Shown here one piece after another: positions 9,163 to 20,985 of a stretch of 35,926 nucleotides of DNA. Source of the stretch: Octopus bimaculoides (taxonomy: Eukaryota); assembly GCF_001194135.2 (NCBI RefSeq), contig NC_068987.1:25768222-25804147 (forward strand), in the 5' to 3' direction. Position numbers and translations under genes: made by a program. The notes beneath the pieces were generated by a model. That model did not search any database. It was given only the letters and a program-made list of their open reading frames with translations, and had not been told where the DNA came from. The first letter of the stretch is position 1. Each line of letters starts with the position of its first letter.

Positions 9163-11001
9163 CCCTCCCCCTGACCACTTTTGTTCTTGGGAAGTACACG
9201 GGGATTTCAATCCGTCGCCCATTTTACTGCCAACATCTGGTTCTCACTTTTTAGCGGAGCCCATTATGCCCAAAGGTTTTGAGGTTGGTCTCTCCTCTGA
9301 GAGTAAGTCCCATCCATCATCCCACTTATCACGGAGACTCTGGAAAGTGTCATGAAGTTATCCATTCTTCCTCTTAGATTATTAGATAAATTAACAGATA
9401 ACTTTTAATTAAATATATATATAAACTTTAAGTACTATTTACAACAAAATACCTTGTCTCTGTTGGTACTCGAACCATGCATCTGTTCCTTGCTGTGTGT
9501 ATGTTAAAGAAATATATCAGTGCATTGCTTTTCTGACTAAACTAAACCACTTACAAATCGACCCTCATATCATCACTGTGGATTGATTTGATGTCAAGAA
9601 CAGATATGTACCCCGCACATACACACGCTCACTGTATACATACATTGTATATAAAGACATCTAAACAAACATAAGTATATAAATTTTCCTACACTCTTAT
9701 TTATACTTACACACATACAAATGTATATAAACACTCATTTGCTCGTATGTGTGTAACTGGGGGTACTTAGACGAGCAAGTTGTACACGCTAAGCCACAAA
9801 CAATATCTATGTTTTGGTAACTGCATGTGTAAAAACAAACATACACACGCACACACACACGCTCTCTCTCTCTCTCTCTCTTTCTGTAGTTATTCCCTTT
9901 AATTTGTTGACATACACCACTGAGGAAGTCTCTGCTGTTCTTCGAAATTCTAGAAATAGAAGTCGCACCACTCCCTCAAATTACACTCTATGTTTGGAAA
10001 AGGAAACGACTATTGTATAATGCAGAATTTGAAGGAGGGATGGGCACAATTTGAATGCTTTCCATCATGAACGACACTGATCGAACCTGGGGTTTTACAA
10101 CAAATAATGGAAACCCCATGGGGTTGATTGACTTGCTAGAAATAACAGCTCAAATGAAATCAAGCTACACCCTATATCTAAGATCTCATGTTAACGTTTA
10201 TATGTATATATATCTTTTACTGGTTTTAGCTGAGGGCTGTGACTATGCTGGGGCATTGTCCACCCCCTCTTCACACACACACACACACACACATTTAACG
10301 ATATATTATGCCTTACAAGGCTTACTCAAGAGAATGCTTTATTCCAACTTCTTTATCTTGAATATTCCCAAACAACATCCTCAAGTATCGTATTTCTATT
10401 TTTTTGTTGGGTGGGTGAGAGTGAGTTTAAGAAAGGGGCCGTCTAATTGGCTCCAGATGCCTTGCAAAATAATTCCCAAATATAAATATCACCTTCCCTC
10501 ATTATAAATAAATAAAACAAAAAGAAATGAGCTACATAATGGATGTCAAAAGGAAAGATTAGAATGAAATATAGATTGATGTAGGCTTGTAGTTGGAAGA
10601 CGGCTTAGAAATTAACTTCACTGCCTCTAAAGCATGAAGAGAGCCAAAAAGGCTTATATTTTCCTCTCTTAACAAATGTGTCAATGAAAGATTGTCATAT
10701 GTATGAAACCACATTGGAAATAAGCATGGTTTTATCATACCAACTTGACACATATCGTTTTTACAACGCTCTTATTTCGTCACAGCGGTAAGTTGTACTT
10801 CTCTCAACGATTAATTAGACTGGGCCAAAGCAATGCTCGTAAAGATACAAACGTTTACATAGAAAAATCGTTCCGGTCATATGTCGTACTTAAGTGGCTG
10901 TGGACCAGAGCAATGTTGTCGGTAAAGATAGGAACTTACAAGCTCAAAAATCCTCAACCAATTACAACTTCTTGCCTATACAAAGAATCAACAATCCTTT
11001 T

Positions 11002-11192
11002 TACTATAGACACAAGGCCTGAATTTTTAGGGGGAAGGGATAGTCAGTTACATTGACCCCCAGTACTCGACTGGTACTATCATCGACGCCGAAAGGATGA
11101 AAAGCAAAGTCGAAGGAATTTGAACTCAGAACGTAAAGACGGACGAAATGCCGCTAAGCATTTTGCCCGGTGTGTTAACGAGCTCGTCACCT
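11002..11192 (-). mobile_element. SINE family C
   Basis: Reverse complement of TTCTGAGTTCAAATTCC...GTCGAT...GGCCTTGTG. Confidence 0.85.
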
Positions 11193-11224
11193 TCGCAAAG
11201 AATCGATAATATCAATAAAGTGGT

Positions 11225-11391
11225 GGCGGGGACACACTCAGCCACACATACACGACGAGCTTTTCTCGGTTTCCGTCTTCTAAATCCTCTCGCATGGCTT
11301 TGGCCGACTCAAGTTTATAGTAGAAGACATTTGCCCAAGATGCCACGCAGTGGGACTGAACTCGGTTCCATGTGGTTGGGAAGCAAACTTC
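11225..11391 (-). mobile_element. SINE family B, 5' end lost in gap
   Basis: CATTTGCCCAAGATGCCACGCAGTGGGACTGAAC matches the reverse complement of the 2921 copy. Confidence 0.85.
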
Positions 11392-12120
11392 NNNNNNNNN
11401 NNNNNNNNNNNNNNNNNNNNNNNNNNNNNNNNNNNNNNNNNNNNNNNNNNNNNNNNNNNNNNNNNNNNNNNNNNNNNNNNNNNNNNNNNNNNNNNNNNNN
11501 NNNNNNNNNNNNNNNNNNNNNNNNNNNNNNNNNNNNNNNNNNNNNNNNNNNNNNNNNNNNNNNNNNNNNNNNNNNNNNNNNNNNNNNNNNNNNNNNNNNN
11601 NNNNNNNNNNNNNNNNNNNNNNNNNNNNNNNNNNNNNNNNNNNNNNNNNNNNNNNNNNNNNNNNNNNNNNNNNNNNNNNNNNNNNNNNNNNNNNNNNNNN
11701 NNNNNNNNNNNNNNNNNNNNNNNNNNNNNNNNNNNNNNNNNNNNNNNNNNNNNNNNNNNNNNNNNNNNNNNNNNNNNNNNNNNNNNNNNNNNNNNNNNNN
11801 NNNNNNNNNNNNNNNNNNNNNNNNNNNNNNNNNNNNNNNNNNNNNNNNNNNNNNNNNNNNNNNNNNNNNNNNNNNNNNNNNNNNNNNNNNNNNNNNNNNN
11901 NNNNNNNNNNNNNNNNNNNNNNNNNNNNNNNNNNNNNNNNNNNNNNNNNNNNNNNNNNNNNNNNNNNNNNNNNNNNNNNNNNNNNNNNNNNNNNNNNNNN
12001 NNNNNNNNNNNNNNNNNNNNNNNNNNNNNNNNNNNNNNNNNNNNNNNNNNNNNNNNNNNNNNNNNNNNNNNNNNNNNNNNNNNNNNNNNNNNNNNNNNNN
12101 NNNNNNNNNNNNNNNNNNNN
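11392..12120. other. Assembly gap (N run)
   Basis: Continuous N; truncates a SINE-B head on the left and abuts (TA)n on the right. Confidence 0.99.
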
Positions 12121-12416
12121 TATATATATATATATGTGTATATATATTACATAGGATTCTTTTGAAAGCCGTGTGGTATGTCATGCTACTTTCCCCAGAA
12201 AATCACAGGCTTCTACTCCAACACCCTACACAGCTGATTTTCTTTCACATTCTAATTCTTCCACACTAACAAGTCAGTCACATCGACTTCAATTTCGTAT
12301 TCGGTTGTTTTCATTAAATACACAAAAAGAACTTACGAATCTACTCTATATTTAATGTGATATCACGAAATTCATCCTTTTTCTCTACTTAATTCTGCAA
12401 ATCTAAAAGAGGATAT

Positions 12417-12438
12417 GTGTGTGTAGGCGTCATATATG

Positions 12439-12471
<33 letters not shown>

Positions 12472-12808
12472 AGGTGTCTATATGTGTGTCTATATATATG
12501 CGTCTGTGTCTATATACATGCGCCTTTATATGCGTCTGTATATATATGTATGTATATGTCTGTGTGTCTATATATATAATATATGCATCCGTTTGTGGAC
12601 TCTAAATCTTCTTTAACAATTCGTATTAATGACTTTTATACCTCTCAATTCTACCTCAGTTCATTTAATTGTATTTATATGTCGTTACTTTTCATAAAAA
12701 AGCCTTTATTTTTTTTTTATATCCAATGTGCATTTTCTCTTTTTTCTTTTTACTTTTCCCCTATTTATACCACGTGTAGTCTCTTTTCTCTTTGAAACCT
12801 ATTTCTAT

Positions 12809-12840
<32 letters not shown>

Positions 12841-12920
12841 CATACATACATGTACACACACACACACGTGTGTGTGCGTCTATGCGTGTGTGTATGCATA
12901 TATATGCGAGTGTATGCATA
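12417..12920. repeat. TA/TG/CA compound microsatellite blocks (12417-12580, 12808-12920)
   Basis: Direct reading. Confidence 0.9.
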
Positions 12921-13193
12921 CGTACAAATTGATAAATGCAGCTGTTGAGATGCCACCGATAATGCCTTCCATAAGCACACGTTCTCAGAACTAGGGAAAT
13001 GCAATGGTGTGCTTTACACACGTTTTCCGGTGACATGAAATCAAAGAGATGAAATTCAATTTTAAACCGTAATTCAGTCATGAATTAAGTCGTTTTGTTC
13101 TGATCTCTTTCGGCGGGATCTATGTAAAGTATTCCAGTCGTTTTGTCAAAGGTAATACATACATACATATACCTTTTTACTATAATGCAAGTT

Positions 13194-13394
13194 GGCGTGC
13201 TTGTTTAATCGTTAGCACTCTAGACAAAATACTTAGCGCCATTTCTTCCAGCTTGATGTCTTAAGTTCAAATTCGGCCGAAGTCGATTTTGCTTTTTACC
13301 CTTTCGGGTCGATGAAATTAATTACTTATTGAGCGCTGGGGTTGATGTAATTGACTTAACCCTCTTCTAAAATTGCTAGACTTTTGTCAAAATT
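13194..13394 (+). mobile_element. SINE family C
   Basis: AATCGTTAGCAC...AGTTCAAATTCGGCCGAAGTCGA...GGGGTTGATGTAATTGACT. Confidence 0.8.
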
Positions 13395-13580
13395 AAACGA
13401 ACTCTAGTGAAAGCCGCCGAGTATGTAACAAATACTCCTTCGCTTATTGTGATCGCTTGGCAACACTGTGACACTGTCACTAGTAAAACCAATTGTCCTA
13501 AATATCGTTCATACAGTTTTGAAGCATAAGACATTAGTTCTAGACTTAGGAAGTAACGTCCTCTAGATAGCAGAAAATGT

Positions 13581-13625
13581 GGATCTTTTCAATCTCAGTC
13601 ACAGTGACTGAGATTGAAAAGATCC
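13581..13625. mobile_element. 45-bp perfect hairpin element with 8-bp TSD (minimal MITE)
   Basis: GGATCTTTTCAATCTCAGTCAC-A-GTGACTGAGATTGAAAAGATCC; GAAAATGT at 13573-13580 and 13626-13633. Confidence 0.88.
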
Positions 13626-13920
13626 GAAAATGTCATGGAAGCTCTATAACGGACGCTGAATGTGTAGACAGGTCGTAATTTTTCTTAGAAACGATATAAA
13701 TTGAATTGGAATTGAATATAAGATTGTATTATCAGTGAGCAGAAATAGGAAATATGATGCGCCAAAGTCCAAAACATTTATCATATAAGACCCCTTTATC
13801 TTTGATAAGTCTCTAAACAAAATTGATGCTGATTTTAAATTATTTTAAAACTTATTCAACACTATGGTGAAGAGAAAGGAATTATACGGATGAGAACTTT
13901 ATTTTGTCTAATAGAAAAAA

Positions 13921-14150
13921 GGCGGCGGGCTGGCAGAATCGTTAGGACATCGGACGAAATGCTTAGTGGAACTTCACCTGTCTTTACGCTCTGAGTTCAA
14001 ATTCCGCCGAGGTCAACTTTGCCTTTTAACCTTCTGAATTGATAAAATAAGTAACAGTTGAGCAATGGAATCGATGCAATGGAATCGATGCAATCGACTT
14101 ACCCCTACCCCGAACATACTGGCCTTGTGCCAAAATTGGAAACCATTAAT
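13921..14150 (+). mobile_element. SINE family C, full length
   Basis: GGCGGCGGGCTGGCAGAATCGTTAG (A-box-like), GAGTTCAAATTCC (B-box-like), 3' ATCGAT-GCA-ATCGAC; internal 14-bp duplication. Confidence 0.88.
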
Positions 14151-14782
14151 AAAGGGAGAGAGAGAGGTGCAAAAAGTTTTGACTGATAATTGTGTAGGGT
14201 TTGGTAATATGTCAATTTGAATACGTCAATTTGAATACCATTGAGTTAAACAACTCTAGTGATCCTAACAATAAAAGGCACAATATCTAACTTGGAACCG
14301 AAAAACTGTATTTTAGTGCCAAAATATCGTTGTGTATATGCTTGCGTAGACACATGCACAGAGACAATGTTTAATCTTGTATATAGCTGGTACCTTCCTC
14401 TATTCTTGCTCGTGGGAATTTCATATGCACATTTCTTCATCACATTTCGTCAGCCTGTGAAACTTCGAGTTGCAGCTCAAATGTTATCAGCTGAATACTA
14501 AAAATATTAAGTATTTTTCCTTCCGTTTACGAAACGAATCATATATAAGCAGATGTATTATATAGTAATTATATAATTTATGCAATTAACTAGCTGTTTA
14601 GTTTCCTTTTTACTAATTGCTAAATGGCAAACATGGTCCTATATCACGAGAGACTGAGTAATCTACATCTCAGATTAATCTTCTTGTCACACTATTTCCT
14701 TTTTACCAGAAAGAATTCTCAAACCATGAGACATTATACTGATACTTGGTTTTTCGTTTCTGTCACATTATTATTGCCAGAA

Positions 14783-15176
14783 GTGGAGGCGCAATGGCCC
14801 AGTGGTTAGGGCAGCGGACTCGCGGTCATAGGATCGCGGTTTCGATTCCCAGATCGGGCGTTGTGAGTGTTTATTGAGCGAAAACACCTAAAGCTCCACG
14901 AGGCTCCGGCAGAGGATGGTGGCGAACCCTGCTGTACTCTTCCACCACAACTTTCTCTCACTCTTTCATCCTGTTTCTGTTGTACCTGTAATTCAAAGGG
15001 TCAGCCTTGTCACACTGTGTCACGCTGAATATCCCCGAGAACTACGTTAAGGGTACACGTGTCTGTGGAGTGCTCAGCCACTTGCGCGTTAATTTGACGA
15101 GCAGGCTGTTCCATTGATCGGATCAATTGGAACCCTCGACGTCGTAAGCGACGGAATGCCAACAACAACAACAAAC
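14783..15176 (+). mobile_element. SINE family A, full length with (AAC)n tail
   Basis: TSD TATTGCCAGAA (14772-14782) / TATTGGCAGAA (15177-15187). Confidence 0.95.
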
Positions 15177-15179
15177 TAT

Positions 15180-15815
15180 TGGCAGAATAGTTAGAACGGC
15201 GAACAAAATGCATTGCAGTATTTATCTCTGTTCCGAGTTCAAATTCCTACCGAATTGAACTTTCTCATATCTTTCATCTCACTACAATCTGTAAATAAAG
15301 TACCAGTGAAGTCCTGGAGTCGATGGTACCGACCTTAAATTAACAGAAAATTGAACTGGCAGAATCGTCAGCGCGTCGGACAAAAACGCTTAGCGCCATA
15401 TCTTCCGGCTCTTTACGTTCTGAGTTCAATTACCGCAGAGGTCAACTTTGCATTTCTTTCTTACGACGTCGATAAATTGTTGTACCGGTCAAATACTAGG
15501 GTCGATGTCATCGACAAGCCCCCTACCCCGAATACTTCAAGCCATATATATGCCTATAGTAGAAATAATAATAATTATTATTTTTATTATTATTATTGTT
15601 GATAGTATTAGTAGTAGTAGTAAGAAGAGGAAGAAGCTGATAGATTGGATTGACTGGTAAACGAAGTGCCTTGCGGTATTTAGTTCAATTCGTACCGAGA
15701 CTGAATTTGCTTTTCTTCTTCACTTGATAAAATTGAGTACAACTTAAGTTCTGGGGTCAGTGTAATCGACTTATCTCGACCTTAACAAACGTGTGTGGTT
15801 TGGTGCCTAAATTAT
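15180..15815 (+). mobile_element. Cluster of three decayed SINE-C copies (about 15180-15335, 15355-15545, 15645-15815)
   Basis: Each has GAGTTCAA-like and GATAAA..AGTAC...GTCGAT..ATCGAC-like blocks. Confidence 0.75.
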
Positions 15816-16352
15816 CACTGTTATTATTAATACGTTTTAGATGTTATCTTATCTGGTCGAGTTTTTTTTAGAACGATAACTAAACTGACTTCCTGTTTCC
15901 ATCAAAATCAATAAAAGTAAGATACGGACGCGTCGTCCTCATAGTCACTATCATTGCCATCGTCTTCATCATTGTCAGTATCCTCACCAATATCGTTGCC
16001 CTTCATCATTATTATCATGTTTATCATGCGATGTTTATCGAAGTATTAAATATTTTAATGTTTGTACCATACCATTACATTTATAACTATTATTGAGTAA
16101 ACTGGCGAGAGGGAACCTCTACGTGATCATTCGACCTTCTAGTAATATCAGCCAGTTCTCTCTCTCAAATTACGCCCTAACGTCTTAAAAAATAAAAGGA
16201 AAGGGCAAACGTATTATAGTCCTATGCCTTCAAAAAAAAAAGTGGGGGCGGGAGAAAGGGTTTTCGCTTTTGCTCATAGGCCTGTTCGATTCAGCTGTCT
16301 TGGGGCTGTACTACAACAGCAAATTGATTTATTATTGTTTGTTCAAGAGACA

Positions 16353-16696
16353 GTGGAAGCGCAATGGCCCAGTGGTTAGGGCAGCGGACTCGCGGTCGTA
16401 GGATCGCGGTTTCGATTCCCAGATCGGGCGTTGTGAGTGTTTACTGAGCGAAAACACCTAAAGCTCCACAAGGCTCCGGCAGGGAATGGTTGCGAACCCT
16501 GCTGTACACTTTCACCACAACTTTCTCTCACTCTTTCTTCTTGTTTCTGTTGTACCTGTATTTCAAAGGACCAGCCTTGTCACACTCTGTGTCACGCTGA
16601 ATCTCCCCGAGAACTACGTTAATTTCACGAGCAGGCTGCTCCGTTGATCGGATCAACTGGAGCCCTCGTCGTCGTAACCGACGGAGTGCCAACACA
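16353..16696 (+). mobile_element. SINE family A with 42-bp internal deletion
   Basis: Perfect 11-bp TSD TTCAAGAGACA (16342-16352, 16697-16707). Confidence 0.95.
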
Positions 16697-16735
16697 TTCA
16701 AGAGACATGCACTTTAGAATATGAGTGGTGTTGGC

Positions 16736-16893
16736 AATGGGGCGAGTTCTGAGTTGGGATTCCGCCGAGGTCGACTTTGCCTTTCATCTTTTCAGGGTCG
16801 ATAAAATAAGTACCAGCTGAGCACTGGAGTTGATATATTCAGCTTATCCCCTCCCCCACTTTGCTGGCCTTGTGTCAAAATTTCAAGCCAGTG
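16736..16893 (+). mobile_element. 5'-truncated SINE family C
   Basis: Perfect 14-bp TSD TGAGTGGTGTTGGC (16722-16735, 16894-16907). Confidence 0.88.
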
Positions 16894-17318
16894 TGAGTGG
16901 TGTTGGCTGAGTTTAGATTTTCTGTGTCAGTCAAACAATATGGAATAGAGAGTAGGGAAAATTACTTTTGGGCGCTCTCTGCATGGAACCCAAAGTTTCA
17001 ATATTGGTGTTAACATACGTAATGTAATGAATGGACCAGTAAATCGTAACTTTTAGTTACGATTTACTAGTTCATTACATTACATCCATGGTGCGAAAGA
17101 ATCATTATTTTGCTTGTCTATTCTGGCTAAGAAAAGCAAAGTGGGGCAGCTCTGAAATTTTAATTAAAGATAAAAATAGAGTATGAGCAATGCCCTAGGA
17201 AGTAATATACCGTTTAAATTATGCAAATTGTATATACGGATTCGGAGCCTAATTTATACTTGTGGGAGACAGAGTGGAAATTTTGATGTTCAAGTATTAA
17301 GTTGTGTTATATATTAAT

Positions 17319-17650
17319 AGGCGTGTCTGATTGGTAAGATGTTTACTTCCTAATCACGTTTCCGGGTTCAGTCCCACTGTATGGCATCTTGGGCAAGTAT
17401 CTCCTAGTATGGACCTTAGCCGCTCAAAATCTTGTGAGTGGAACTGGTGGACAGAAACTGAAAGGAATCCGTTGTGTGTGTGTGTGTGTCTTACAACCGT
17501 CTGACGTTTGTAGGGGGGGGGGACTCTACAAAAGAGAACGATAAAATAAGTATCTGGCTTTAAAATTTGTACTGGGGTCGATACGTTCGACTAAAACCCT
17601 TTAAGGCATTACCCCACAGAATGGCCCGTGTGTCCAGTGACTGAAACAAC
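17319..17650 (+). mobile_element. SINE family B, decayed
   Basis: GGGTTCAGTCCCACTG..GGCATCTTGGGCAAG...GGGGTCGATACGTTCGACTAAA...GACTGAAACAA. Confidence 0.85.
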
Positions 17651-18461
17651 TAATGGGTTAATATAATGGGAATTATAACGTACTACAATATCTTTATAAT
17701 GTTGAGAGTGGTTTTTTAACAAATATTCTAAGTAAACAACCAACCTAAATAAAGTTGGGATTCCATTGTGTTACGAAATTTTCATCGTTAAACTGTTTTC
17801 TGGTGTCGGTCATGTCTTGCGTACATGTATGCTCCAGACAGTTACATATACACGGGTTTTCTCGTGTTTAAGACGATGCTTGCCAAACCAAACGCGACAC
17901 GCTACAAGTAACATCGCGTGATTACAAATAATCTCTCAATGCAGTGGTTGACAGGTTTGTTTCACTAAATAAGTAGTTTAGTTATTGGCTCATCCACTTT
18001 ATGTGTGTGTAAGGAAGGGGAACATATAAAAATTGCTTCATTTCTTTTTTATGTAAATGAAAAACAAAAAAATCTTTTTGGTGATTTAGTGCTGATCAAT
18101 GAGGTACTGTCAAACGATTGACACTATCTTTAAAACAATTATGATCATCGATATTATCATGGAAGGAGAGAGAAAGTATTTGCAAAGTTCATTACACGTT
18201 CACTGGTCATCGATTTTGTGAGTTCCATCATTTTCCCCATTCAAATACATTTCTTCTTCTCTCTCTGTGTGCACTAAGTAACGTGTAGCCTGTATTTCTT
18301 TTTCTTAACAGGCCCATACTTAGGAGGATCTAGTGCAAAGTTGACGTGACCTAAATGACATAACATGGTTATATGGTTTAATCATCACAGAATGACGGGA
18401 GAGGGGCACTGCCAACGACCATTGCTGGCCTTCCCAGATATGTTTGATGTACAGATTAAAC

Positions 18462-18702
18462 CAGCTGTTCTCAACCATTGTTTGCTTTTTGATTCCTATT
18501 TTATTCAAATGGACCCTCGTAGACAGACATTCGATGTTTAAAAGCCTTATATTTTTATAATTAAATATTATTAGGAACTGCGTAAAGAAAATTTTAATAA
18601 TTTGTGTAGTGTGCAAGAATAACCAATTTCTGACACAAATTTTAACAGCAAAATCTTATATGGAGCCCCAAGGGTCATATGGACCCCGGTTGAGAATCAC
18701 AG
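18462..18702. mobile_element. Old hAT/Charlie-type MITE
   Basis: Shared TIR core TTCTCAACC at both ends; subterminal TGGACCC; TSD decayed (only the central TA is retained). Confidence 0.6.
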
Positions 18703-18966
18703 GCCTAGAACATTTGAAGTCAATTACTACAGGGAAAAACCTATGCGATTTCAGCGGGTTAACCCTGCCGTGCAGAGAGAAATGTTGACAGTGATTAGTG
18801 AAAGGGTTACAGAAGGGGAGACGGTATTGTAATGATAGGAGGAGGGATGTCGGGTGGCTTGGGTGGATATTAGCGTGCAACTAATGCTCAGGAATATAGA
18901 CCGATAGAGTAGCAATAGAAAAGCCAGGAGGTGGGAGATTACGTCTGTGGGCTAGAGGTTGTAGTG

Positions 18967-19254
18967 CAGTGGTTCCCAAAGTGGGTGATACTTTCCCTCC
19001 TCTCTGGGGGCGGTGGAAAGATCCAGGGATGGAGGAGGCGCTGAAGAAAAGTGGGGTGATAATGGGGTGGTCAAAAGTAGGTGATGGATGTAAAAACGAC
19101 ATAATAATGGGTTAAGTTAAGTTTTATTTGTGAAATAGAGCTGTTTTGAATTTGCTGCGGAAAATGGGCTACGTATGTGGTGGTGAATGGGGGAGGCGCT
19201 AGAAATATGGCTCGGGTGCCCATATGGCTCGGGTGAAAAAGTTTGGAGCCACTG
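18967..19254. mobile_element. hAT/Charlie-type MITE
   Basis: TIR CAGTGGTTCCCAAA versus CAGTGGCTCCAAA; flanks TTGTAGTG / TTGT-GTG; internal ATATGGCTCGGGTG twice (19205-19218, 19222-19235). Confidence 0.75.
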
Positions 19255-19516
19255 TTGTGTGATGGCAAGTATTTCTGTTAAGAAGTCGGGTAGCCTTAAT
19301 TTGTTGGAGGCTTTTTTTTTTTACAAAGTCTAAGATATCCGTATGTAGAGAACTGGCACTGTCTCAGTTTTGTGAACAGTATTGTCTTGTGGAATTCACT
19401 TGAGTTTTATAAAGGTTCAACAACTTTTGGGGGTGATATATCGAAGAACAATGATCTCCTTCAGGTTATCTTACTGATGTAAAATCTGTTTCGGTAAGAT
19501 AATCTTTTATGCGAAT

Positions 19517-19660
19517 GAAGGCATGTGGCCTAATGGTTAGGATGTTGGTCTCGTGATCATAAGATGGTACTTTCAAGTTTTGATTTGGTGCGTTGTGTCT
19601 TTGAGCAAAGCACTTTAGTTCACGTTGCTCCAATCTTCTCAGCTGAAATTGAGTACCAGC
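19517..19660 (+). mobile_element. tRNA-derived SINE family E
   Basis: GAAGGCATGTGGCCTAATGGTTAGG head; GTGTCTTTGAGCAAAGCACTTT..TTCACGTTGCTCCA body; related copy at 21596-21776 (-). Confidence 0.75.
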
Positions 19661-20780
19661 CTATTACTGGCTTAGTTCTCTATTCTTATCAGCTGTCGCA
19701 CCCATCAATGTTCCGTTGTGTCAACAGTGAGAAGATAAGAGGTCTACGTCTGCCCGCGACTACACAGGCAGCTAAAACAAGTGAACGTATGGTCCTTGCT
19801 ACTAAATCATACTCGCTTGCGAGTGACAGCCATACATGTATGCCGAGATAACCCAAAAGATACGTCCGGCAACACAACTATCTCGCAGTGAAATAAACTA
19901 CATTAAAAAGTCTTTGTTCACTGACGCTTTCCCGAGAGAATGCTGTTCAAATGCTTTTGAAATTGCCTGAACTGTATATAATCCGCGCGGTTATGAAACT
20001 GTGTTTTGAGTTAGCAATTTTCCCATAGCTATTCTCAGGAAAATATCAAATGGCCCTTAACAGAAATAACATTGTGGGCAACATTATTCATCAAGTGTCT
20101 TAGAAAACTATTAAAATTCCTTATGTCTTTAAAATTCGTTGTACCGTGACAACTGAAAATAGAAGAAAATACTGGATTTTAATCAAGTTGGGTGCGGTGA
20201 GAGGGTACAAAAAGGAGAAAATTATTTTAATAGGCTTATGAAATTAACCCGCACTCGTGCACCCCCCCCCCACTTCCTACAGATATGAAGACGAAAATGG
20301 AAGTGTATACTGTGGATGCGCATAGCAGATTAAACAAACTCGTCCATACAAACATCGCGTCGTTACACACACGTGTGTGTCTGTGTGTGTTGTATGCTTG
20401 GGTCCTCAACCTCTGATGGAGTTGTAGAGATGCCCTATTTACACATGGACATATACAAATGTGTGGGTGTGAACTAAACTTACCACCCAAGAAAAGAACA
20501 TATTAGATAATGAATGGACTCCTGGATGCACCGTTTCTGGGGGAAAGGTATAGGATGGTCACGGTTGGAATGCTGATGATCATATGTAGTCTCAATCAAA
20601 GCTGACCTTAGACTAAACAATTTGGTGCTTTTTAGTTACCCCATTAAAAAATTGGGTTATCTCCCCGAACTAAAATTGTTTAACCCTCAATAAAACAAAA
20701 CCAAAAATTTATAAATTAATAAACATGAAAAGTGAAAAGATTAAAAATCTTATTGAATCTAATAATAATTTTATTAAAAA

Positions 20781-20985
20781 GGCGGCGAGCTGGGCGAAAT
20801 ACTTAGCGGTATTTCGTCTGCCGCTACATTTTTGAGTTCAAATTCCGCCGAGGTCGACTTTGCCTTTCATCCTCTTGAGGTTGATAAATTAAGTACCAAT
20901 TGCGTACTGGGTCGATCTAATCGACTGGCCCCTCTCTCCAAAAATTTCGAGGCTTGTGCCTAAAGTAAAAAAGAATATTTTTCTA
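20781..20985 (+). mobile_element. SINE family C
   Basis: GGCGGCGAGCTGG...GAGTTCAAATTCCGCCGAGGTCGACTTTGCC...GTCGATCTAATCGAC. Confidence 0.92.

Noticed and set aside
11148-12269. ORFs of 260-373 aa
   Set aside because: They span the 729-N gap and SINE fragments.
12859-12876. 18-bp palindrome centred on CACGTG (16 bp at 20365-20380)
   Set aside because: Produced by abutting (CA)n and (TG)n microsatellites.
14421-14465. Minus-strand CTGACGA...GAAA...ATA hammerhead-like core (similar at 3889, 7555, 25456, 34841)
   Set aside because: No helix II, no valid helix I or no NUH triplet; the number of such partial cores fits chance.
19740-19890. Frame reading VWSLLLNHTRLRVTAIHV, faintly like DIRS RNase H
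   Set aside because: One short motif with no colinear neighbours.
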